This document shows positions 57,112-64,000 of a stretch of 64,000 nucleotides of DNA, piece after piece. The notes below the pieces were generated by a model that saw only the letters and a program-made list of their open reading frames with translations, searched no databases and was not told the DNA's origin. Source of the stretch: an uncultured archaeon. GTDB taxonomy: Archaea > Thermoplasmatota > Penumbrarchaeia > JASLWR01. The stretch's first letter is position 1. Each line of letters begins with the position of its first letter. The stretch covers positions 57,938 through 121,937 of the forward strand of contig CAYFHS010000011.1 of the NCBI GenBank assembly GCA_964342815.1, given 5' to 3'. A program made the translations under genes and the position numbers.

Positions 57112-59001
57112 TTGCCAATAATGGTGCGGTTTTCGTGGTCCGCAGCGGCAGAATGGAGCAGTTTTCGCTCCGATGAGGGGAACAGTGGATTTTCTGATCA
57201 AACAGTCATTGAAACGCTGAACGTAAGCTGGATCAAAGACCTCTCCGGAGGTTGGATCGACCCCTCTCCCGCAGTTGTGAATGGAAGAATATACGTCTAT
57301 ACCAACGGTGAATACGATTTTGCCCGACAACGTCAGATATATTCCTCCACCCTATATTGTCTCGAAGAAACAAACGGTGAAATATTGTGGTCTTCGAAGG
57401 TATCTGATTCCAAGGTTCAGCTATCATCTCCCGCAGTAAATGGAGATATCGTGGCAGTAGGTTCTTCGGATGGAAAACTCTATGCATTCAACTCAACAAC
57501 GGGTGCCAGCCGTTTCACCTTTGAGACCAAAAGCTCTCCGTACGGGATAACCTCTTCCCCCCTCTTTCTCCGGGAAAAACTGGTATTCGGCGGAGGCGAT
57601 GGAATCATCTACTGTGTGGATTTGGAAGGAAAGATGATCTGGTCTCGTGATACCGGGGATATGATATATTTCACCGCTCCGGCATACGTCGGTGGAAAGC
57701 TTTTCATCGGGAACGACGGGGGCAATCTCACCTGTATCAACGCATCCGACGGCACTTCCGTTTGGGTGCATCATGTAGCCGGGCGTATCCGCACAACTCC
57801 TCTCGTCGTCAACGATAGAATAATGTTCAACTGGGCAACATATTCGGGCAATCTCGTAACGGATGGGTGGTTGAAGGCGTTGTATATGAACGGGACAATG
57901 GCATGGGAAGACCATATCGGCGGAACAATATCTTCTCCGGCCAGCGACGAAGATTTATTATTTGTGGCAAACAACGAAGGGTGGCTGAAATGTTATTTCA
58001 TAGATGGGAATATGAAATGGGAATACCGCGCCAATGGCCCAATTCAGTCTTCGCCGGCGCTTACCGCGAACGGTGTTGTCTTCCTCTCGAACATAAATAT
58101 CAGCGGCAATCATTCCACACTCTATTTCCTTGACAAGAGTGGTAGCAGTTATTTCACTTACGAGATCACACCCCACCAGTGGGCGTTGTCATCCCCCGCC
58201 ATTGGCCGCGGCAGCATAGTATTTGCATCCGATAATGGAAATGTATATTGCATCTCGAACGGTAAATTCGGTGATAAGGATGGCGGGATCAACGACGATC
58301 CGGGCGGAAATGAGGAGGATGGCTCGGATGTGTTGGAAACGCCGGGCCAATGGCTGTCCATTACAATAATTATCATTATACCGCTCACTGCAGTATGCAT
58401 GGTCAGGCGTAATGTAAGACCATTTGAAAAGGCAGGTGATGGGGTGTCCGGGGGAACCTTGTCGGAGACGATGGGGAACCGATTGAATGCCTCACGAAGA
58501 AAGACTGTTATGAAGGTATCTGTTTTCTCTGCCGTAATTGTTGTATTTACATGCGCTGTGGTAGTTTCCCTTCAAATCCCCGGTGTGGGATATCGAGGAT
58601 TGCCGCAGTCCGCCGAGGGACTGACCTTGAAGATCGATTTTGGCGGTGTAAGAGCCCCCATCAATCCAGGGAACGAGACCGTATGGACATTTCAGGAGGG
58701 TAAATGGGCTGCCGATACCGGGCAGAGTAATTCTTCAGTGTGGATATTTGATAATATCAGCTTGGAAAAAGGGACCGTGCTCCACTGCCTGGCCGCTGCC
58801 ATGAAGATCGCGGGTACTGATTTGGAGACCTCAGAATATATTTACGGGACATTTGTCCGTTCCATGGCAGGAGTGGAGAATGGAAGAGACGGTAAAAACT
58901 GGCTGTACTGGGTGAACGGTGAATTTGCCAACATGGCAAGCGATGTTTATTACCTCGAGGATGGCGACGTAGTGTTGTGGAAATACGCAAGTGAGTTCTA
59001 G
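57112..59001 (+). CDS. PQQ-like beta-propeller + two TM + DUF4430 protein (real start probably upstream, ATA 57028)
   Basis: Repeated SSP......(V/L)..G..DG..Y(A/C).. propeller blades; C-terminal YIYGTFVRSMAGVENG...NWLYWVNG...DGDVVLWKY. Confidence 0.82.
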   Translation: MPIMVRFSWSAAAEWSSFRSDEGNSGFSDQTVIETLNVSWIKDLSGGWIDPSPAVVNGRIYVYTNGEYDFARQRQIYSSTLYCLEETNGEILWSSKVSDSKVQLSSPAVNGDIVAVGSSDGKLYAFNSTTGASRFTFETKSSPYGITSSPLFLREKLVFGGGDGIIYCVDLEGKMIWSRDTGDMIYFTAPAYVGGKLFIGNDGGNLTCINASDGTSVWVHHVAGRIRTTPLVVNDRIMFNWATYSGNLVTDGWLKALYMNGTMAWEDHIGGTISSPASDEDLLFVANNEGWLKCYFIDGNMKWEYRANGPIQSSPALTANGVVFLSNINISGNHSTLYFLDKSGSSYFTYEITPHQWALSSPAIGRGSIVFASDNGNVYCISNGKFGDKDGGINDDPGGNEEDGSDVLETPGQWLSITIIIIIPLTAVCMVRRNVRPFEKAGDGVSGGTLSETMGNRLNASRRKTVMKVSVFSAVIVVFTCAVVVSLQIPGVGYRGLPQSAEGLTLKIDFGGVRAPINPGNETVWTFQEGKWAADTGQSNSSVWIFDNISLEKGTVLHCLAAAMKIAGTDLETSEYIYGTFVRSMAGVENGRDGKNWLYWVNGEFANMASDVYYLEDGDVVLWKYASEF

Positions 59002-59019
59002 TGAGGTACGGGAAAAATC

Positions 59020-59919
59020 ATGATACCGATATACAGCCCAAAGGACAATTCGATCCATTCAACATCCCTGGGCTGTAAAAGCCTCTATGCAGTGGGGACA
59101 CTGGTATCTGTGATGATAATAAATCACCCCGTGCTGCTGGGACTTGGTTTGCTCTCCATTGCATTCGTGTTCTGGAGGGCGGGGGAGATGGGTAACTGGT
59201 TGTGGTATCTCCGAATTTTTTCCGTGCTCGCTTTGTCTTATTTTCTGATCACAATACTGATCTCCAACCAGGGTGATAATAAGCTGTTCTGGAGGATTAC
59301 TTTCGAAGAGATAGTGTTCGGAATATCAATCATGTTGAAATTGGTACTGAGCCTTTCCGTCTTCATACTCTTTTCACTGACCGTTCATCCGGACGATTTG
59401 TTAAGGAAACTCGGCAGGAAAGCGGTACGCTCGGCACTGGCCCTGTCCATAGCAGTGAGATTGTTTCCCACCCTGATCAAGGATGCTAACGACATCTATG
59501 AAGCTTACCTTTCCAGAGGAATTCCCCTCGATAGGGGGAACTGGCTTCTTCGCTGGATGAGCAGGATCCGTTTGATGATCCCGCTTCTTGTAAATTCGTT
59601 GGAACGAACGAACACTCTTGCGGAATCCATGGAATGCCGTGGATTCGGCAGGCCGACCCGCCTCGCCGCTGGAGGCGGAAATAATAATCCCATTTACTTC
59701 TTCCGCTCCATGAACCCGACTTCCCTTTCCATGGTTGCAATCATTCTTCCAAGTATCTTTATGTTATTATTACTCACACAAATGGGTGCTTGGGGAATGA
59801 AGAGTTCCTATACCACTGATATTGGAGTGGGTTCGAACGAGGTGGTTTTAGGCATTTTGCTGTTGATGGTAATGGCCGCACCCATGGTTTCGCCAGCGCT
59901 GGGAGGTGGGGCGGATTGA
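59020..59919 (+). CDS. ECF transporter transmembrane component EcfT
   Basis: AVRLFPTL..D...I.EA..SRG, PLL..SLER...LAESMECRGF; multi-TM. Confidence 0.9.
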   Translation: MIPIYSPKDNSIHSTSLGCKSLYAVGTLVSVMIINHPVLLGLGLLSIAFVFWRAGEMGNWLWYLRIFSVLALSYFLITILISNQGDNKLFWRITFEEIVFGISIMLKLVLSLSVFILFSLTVHPDDLLRKLGRKAVRSALALSIAVRLFPTLIKDANDIYEAYLSRGIPLDRGNWLLRWMSRIRLMIPLLVNSLERTNTLAESMECRGFGRPTRLAAGGGNNNPIYFFRSMNPTSLSMVAIILPSIFMLLLLTQMGAWGMKSSYTTDIGVGSNEVVLGILLLMVMAAPMVSPALGGGAD

Positions 59920-61793
59920 GGAAAATGGTCGAAATAACTGGGTTAAGCTACTGTTATCCAGGGCAGGCGAGGGACGCATTGAAGGGAATTGATCTAATCG
60001 TTCGTGAAGGTGAGTTCGTCCTTCTCATGGGTCCTTCAGGGAGTGGAAAATCAACACTTCTCCGTGCCATGAACGGGGCGATCCCGCATTTATACGGTGG
60101 CGAAATATCCGGCGATGCGTTCATTTACGGTAGAAACACCCGAAAATATGGGCCAAAGGAGTTCGCAGATACTGTTGGAATAGTGTTCCAGGACCCCGAA
60201 GCTCAGCTGGTCATGACTTCTCCGGAGAACGAGGTTAGGTTCGGATTGGATAACCTGAGCATCGAGACCCGTGAAATTGAGCGCAGGATCGAAGAATCCC
60301 TCGAGATAACGAATATTGGGGATTTTCGTAATAGGTTCATACCGGAAATGTCCGGCGGTGAAAAACAGAAGCTCGCTTTAGCTTCGATAATCGCCATGGA
60401 TACGAAGATATTGCTGCTGGACGAGCCAACCTCACAGCTCGATCCCAAAAGCGCGGAGGAGATACTAGCGATCCTCCGTAAGTTCAATGAGGAGAGGGGA
60501 GTTACAATAATTCTCGTGGAGCATCGTTTGGAAAGGTGCTTCCGGTTCGCCGATCGGGCGGTATTTATGGAGGGCGGGAAAATAGTCCTCGATGATAGGA
60601 TGGATGATTATATAGTAAAAGCCCGGAAAAGAGATGATGTTTTCCTGCCGCCCATTACCTATTTATCGGGATCCCGTGGAAATGAATCTCCCACCACCGT
60701 AAAGACTGCAAGGAAGATAGTCCATAAAGCCCTGCAAAGTAATGAACTGACCTATAAAGCAAGATCGAAACCGGTCAGGACGGGGCGAAATTTGATCCGC
60801 TTATCAAGTGTCGATTTCAGTTACGGGAATCGAAAGGTACTATCGAAGCTGGATTTAACTATCCGAGAAGGTGAGAAGATTGCTCTCATGGGCAAGAACG
60901 GGGCTGGGAAAAGTACGCTGCTTAAGCTCTTGAACGGGATATTGAAACCCAACCGGGGGAATGTGACGGTAAACGGTATGGATACGAGAGGACACCTGAC
61001 ATCAAAACTTTCCAAGGTCTGCGGTTACCTTTCCCAAAACCCTTCAGACTACCTTCACCAGAAAACCGTCGAAAGAGAGATTTTTCTTGGGATCGATAAA
61101 GCAAAGGTGGATCTATCGCATATTGCCTGGATAATCGAATCTCTATCTCTAGAAGAGCTTCTTGACAGATATCCGCGGGATCTATCGACAGGTGAACGGG
61201 AGAGAGTGGCTCTTGCTTCAATTCTTGCCCTTCGGCCAAAGCTTCTTGCTCTCGACGAACCCACCAGAGGAATGGATTACACCCAGAAGGATATATTGAC
61301 AGGAATGCTGAAAGAGAAGCGAGACGGAAAACTAAGCTCCATAGTGGCCACCCACGATGTCGAGTTCGTAACCACCTACGCTACCCGCGTTATAATTCTT
61401 GGTAACGGAAAAATACTTGCTGACGGACCACCTAAGAAAGTTCTTCCCGGCTCCCTCTTGTTCGCGCCGCAGGTGAATCTGGCAACCAGAGCTTTCTCGG
61501 AACTGGGTCTTCGAGAAGATATTATCTGCAAGGGCGAACTGAAATGGTCTTTAGGGGACAAGTCACCACTAAACCCGTTTGGTGAGCGAACAGGGTCACC
61601 TTCATCCGAAAATCCAAGTTCTGTTGGCTTGGCTCGAAAGTTCGGCAAATCAAGGGAGTCGCCTTTGCGCGAAAATCCGTGGAATTTTCCCATTGACCGG
61701 CCCATGGGCGTTTCCTCCAACCTAATTGTAAGACGTAACAGAAGAACAAAAAAGCAGGCAACCACAGCTTCAGATAGGGGGCCGCCCGCTTGA
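59916..61793 (+). CDS. ECF transporter duplicated ATPase (EcfA-A' fusion) with a non-homologous C-terminal extension
   Basis: Two Walker A motifs (GPSGSGKST; GKNGAGKST), FQDPEAQ, MSGGEKQK, LSTGERER, LDEPT twice; TTG start overlapping the ecfT stop. The last ~82 aa come from a repeat-containing segment. Confidence 0.92.
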   Translation: MRKMVEITGLSYCYPGQARDALKGIDLIVREGEFVLLMGPSGSGKSTLLRAMNGAIPHLYGGEISGDAFIYGRNTRKYGPKEFADTVGIVFQDPEAQLVMTSPENEVRFGLDNLSIETREIERRIEESLEITNIGDFRNRFIPEMSGGEKQKLALASIIAMDTKILLLDEPTSQLDPKSAEEILAILRKFNEERGVTIILVEHRLERCFRFADRAVFMEGGKIVLDDRMDDYIVKARKRDDVFLPPITYLSGSRGNESPTTVKTARKIVHKALQSNELTYKARSKPVRTGRNLIRLSSVDFSYGNRKVLSKLDLTIREGEKIALMGKNGAGKSTLLKLLNGILKPNRGNVTVNGMDTRGHLTSKLSKVCGYLSQNPSDYLHQKTVEREIFLGIDKAKVDLSHIAWIIESLSLEELLDRYPRDLSTGERERVALASILALRPKLLALDEPTRGMDYTQKDILTGMLKEKRDGKLSSIVATHDVEFVTTYATRVIILGNGKILADGPPKKVLPGSLLFAPQVNLATRAFSELGLREDIICKGELKWSLGDKSPLNPFGERTGSPSSENPSSVGLARKFGKSRESPLRENPWNFPIDRPMGVSSNLIVRRNRRTKKQATTASDRGPPA

Positions 61794-61799
61794 AATGGT
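61540..61799 (+). repeat. 251-bp segment with two family-2 units, bounded by the 9-bp direct repeat TGAAATGGT
   Basis: TGAAATGGT at 61540-61548 and 61791-61799; units at 61577-61615 and 61638-61678. Confidence 0.65.
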
Positions 61800-62560
61800 G
61801 GATGCCCAAGGGCAGATATTTTGGGGATATTTTTTTATTTTCTCTTCTGGTAGGGCTGGCTGCTTTTCTATTTTTTTCATTTTTTCCGGGAACACCGTCA
61901 TGGATTAGAAAAGCTATGGTAGAGAAATTGGGGTTGACTCTTATCCTCTTCATGGTGCTGTTCCTTTTTTCAATAACGGTCCAGTTCGAGAACCGAAGAA
62001 TAAGCTCGTGGGAACTGGCTCTGGTGGGGATAATGGGTAGTTTCAGCGCGGCCTCCCGAATCCCCTTCGTGCTAATTCCCAATGTTCAGCCCTGTACTGT
62101 AATAATTCTTGCAGTTGGGCTGGTATTTGGTTGGAGAATGGGATTCATGGTGGGGGCGATCACGGGTATGGCTTCGAATTTCTTTTTACCCATGGGACCC
62201 TGGGCAATATGGCAGATATTTGCATGGGGGGTAGGGGGTATGGTGGCTGGTCTGGCGGGTCGGTTCTACCCAAAGGCTGGAATGATCACTCTTCTGATTT
62301 TGGCTGTATTCTGGGGTGTGATATTCGGGATCATCCTCGATATTTATACTCTGGGTATCTTCCTGGCGGCCGGGGACTCTCTCTCCTTTGCCGTCATTGG
62401 GAAAACGTATCTTCCCGCGCTTCCGTTCAACATTCTTCATGTGGGTGGGAATGTAATTTTCGCTCTGTTGCTGGGTCCATCCCTTTTGTGGGTGCTTCGG
62501 AGATTCCAAAAGAGGCACAGGTGGGAAGTTAAATTCTCTCGCGTTGTTGGAAAAACGTGA
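61790..62560 (+). CDS. ECF transporter S component, CbrT-like (predicted cobalamin)
   Basis: SRIPF..IPNVQP.T.IIL..G..FG...GF.VGA.T..ASNFF..MGPW..WQ..AWG; C-terminal HVGGN.IF...LG..L...L.RF. Confidence 0.85.
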   Translation: MKWWMPKGRYFGDIFLFSLLVGLAAFLFFSFFPGTPSWIRKAMVEKLGLTLILFMVLFLFSITVQFENRRISSWELALVGIMGSFSAASRIPFVLIPNVQPCTVIILAVGLVFGWRMGFMVGAITGMASNFFLPMGPWAIWQIFAWGVGGMVAGLAGRFYPKAGMITLLILAVFWGVIFGIILDIYTLGIFLAAGDSLSFAVIGKTYLPALPFNILHVGGNVIFALLLGPSLLWVLRRFQKRHRWEVKFSRVVGKT

Positions 62561-62672
62561 GAGGTAATGTCTTAAGACAATCTACAGAATAATTTTTTAT
62601 AGAAATGTTCCATTAAGTATTTAGCAATTATTTTCCTGCAAAGATGTGGATGAGAAAGGAAGGTGTAAAGAT

Positions 62673-64000
62673 ATGAAAACTAGATACTTGATATTGACCA
62701 TTCTTCTGGTACTTGCTCTTATGATGGCAGGTTGTACCGATGAGAAAGAAGATAAACCTGATGTGATCGAAGAAGACGATGATGATGCTGATGATGATAC
62801 TAATACGGGAGATTATACCCGATATACGATAAAGCAATTGATCGAGACACCCTATTCCTACAAGGGGAAAGACGTCGAAGTAAAGAACGTCAAGGTTATC
62901 AGCATAAAGACGGATTATTCGTGCACTATAAGCGACGCTAGCACTTCCGAGACAATCACTCTTTACGGATATGATGAAGATATTGGCCTGGAATCGGGTA
63001 CCGTTCTTGATGTGAAGGGGATGTTCGAACAGTACCAGAACCAGTATTGGGAAATAAAGATACGGTCAGGGGAGAATGACGAGGTCAAGGTTACAGGAAA
63101 GGAAACGGTAAAATATACACCACTCACCGTTAAGCAACTCATGGATGATCCTGATGCCAATAGCGGATTACTAGTGGAGATCAAGGATGCCACAGTTACT
63201 ACAAAATACATTAGCGGGAAGTTCAATATCTCCGATGCTAGCACATCAGTGAATCTTTTGGTTTATATCGAATACGGCGTGAATGCACCCCATATAACCC
63301 TGAACGATAAGATCGACGTTAAAGGAGAGTTCGTAAAATTCTACGACGAATGGGAGATCAAGGTACGTAAAGAATCCGATGACAATATAACAATTGTCGG
63401 CGCAACCGTGGATACTTACGATGAGGTGACACTTGCAGAACTGTTGAGCGATCTCGACGCGCACGAGAACCAAGCTGTGAAAATAGCAAATGCCACGGTG
63501 GGAGCGAACCCAAAAAATTATAAATTCAACATTAGCGACGGCAGCGGTAATGAAATTATCGTATACACCGACTTCGACGCGCAGGGAGGGATCGCCTCAG
63601 TGTATGAAGGTGATTTCGTAGAAGTGAAGGGACAGGTGATCTATTATGAAAAAGGTGCGTATTGGGAGATAAAGATACGAAAGGATACCAGTGATAAAAT
63701 AACCAAGCTTGGCTCTGGCGGCCCAGCAGAGTACTCTTACCTTGAGACCGATGTAGCCACCCTTCTCGATAATACCACTAACAGCGCGTACCGCGATAAA
63801 TCGGTAAAGCTCATGAGTGTTTTTGTCGTTACGAAAAGCAGCAACTACAATTACATATTCGGCGTAAACGATACAGTGGGGCCATTCAACATCAACCTGA
63901 CCGTATACGGCCAGGAAGTGGATGACCTGGCTAAGAACGACACCGTTAACGTATACGGTTTGTTCCAGTGGTACGGGGATAAGGGCTACTGGGAGATAAA
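62673..64000 (+). CDS. Lipoprotein with at least 4 tandem OB-fold-like repeats; runs off the window
   Basis: Not in the track; translated by hand and open to the edge. Lipobox MMAGC, D-rich linker, and four ~100-aa repeats each ending (Y/E)WEIK(I/V)R (the fourth is truncated at WEI). Confidence 0.8.
   Translation, partial: MKTRYLILTILLVLALMMAGCTDEKEDKPDVIEEDDDDADDDTNTGDYTRYTIKQLIETPYSYKGKDVEVKNVKVISIKTDYSCTISDASTSETITLYGYDEDIGLESGTVLDVKGMFEQYQNQYWEIKIRSGENDEVKVTGKETVKYTPLTVKQLMDDPDANSGLLVEIKDATVTTKYISGKFNISDASTSVNLLVYIEYGVNAPHITLNDKIDVKGEFVKFYDEWEIKVRKESDDNITIVGATVDTYDEVTLAELLSDLDAHENQAVKIANATVGANPKNYKFNISDGSGNEIIVYTDFDAQGGIASVYEGDFVEVKGQVIYYEKGAYWEIKIRKDTSDKITKLGSGGPAEYSYLETDVATLLDNTTNSAYRDKSVKLMSVFVVTKSSNYNYIFGVNDTVGPFNINLTVYGQEVDDLAKNDTVNVYGLFQWYGDKGYWEI

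Noticed and set aside
73-63473. The ~200 short ORFs in the track that overlap longer genes (e.g. 7253..8401, 5322..6086, 15004..15597)
   Set aside because: Antisense or alternate-frame shadows of repetitive or biased real CDS; they have no recognisable motifs.
1-64000. tRNA, rRNA, transposase, integrase, intein or phage genes
   Set aside because: No tRNA cloverleaf with TTCGA T-loop context, no rRNA-like blocks and no DDE/HUH/tyrosine-recombinase or intein motifs were seen; a tRNAscan/Infernal run would be needed to be certain.

Overview
Archaeal chromosomal window, most likely from an uncultured Thermoplasmatota (Thermoplasmata). This rests on FEN1 with a PIP box, Bud32, DGGGP synthase, R15P isomerase, a TtuA/NcsA-type thiolase, GGAGG/GGTGA Shine-Dalgarno sites, and many giant TSP3/FG-GAP/PKD/GLUG surface proteins. 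About 45 CDS were found; I saw no rRNA, tRNA, CRISPR array or transposase. Housekeeping genes alternate with surface proteins, a MalK-GH57 starch module, a MacB/LolD-type ABC module and a predicted cobalamin ECF operon. Most unusual: (1) a densely base-paired ~400-nt intergenic element (29.85-30.24 kb) built from a ~40-bp palindromic unit. That unit recurs at the 3' ends of two ABC ATPase genes and is read in the same G-S-P frame by the overlapping ORFs. (2) A second family of GC-rich palindromic intergenic elements at five loci, with short and long forms and compensatory stem changes. (3) A 2743-bp tandem duplication of a PKD surface protein in which only one copy has a cytoplasmic tandem winged-HTH. 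(4) A divergent pair of double-GNAT transferases (NMT-like and MprF/DUF2156) next to a PAP2 phosphatase and a Zn-phospholipase C. (5) An archaellin-like domain fused to a beta-helix in an AT-rich gene. All family assignments come from motif recognition by eye; no searches were run.
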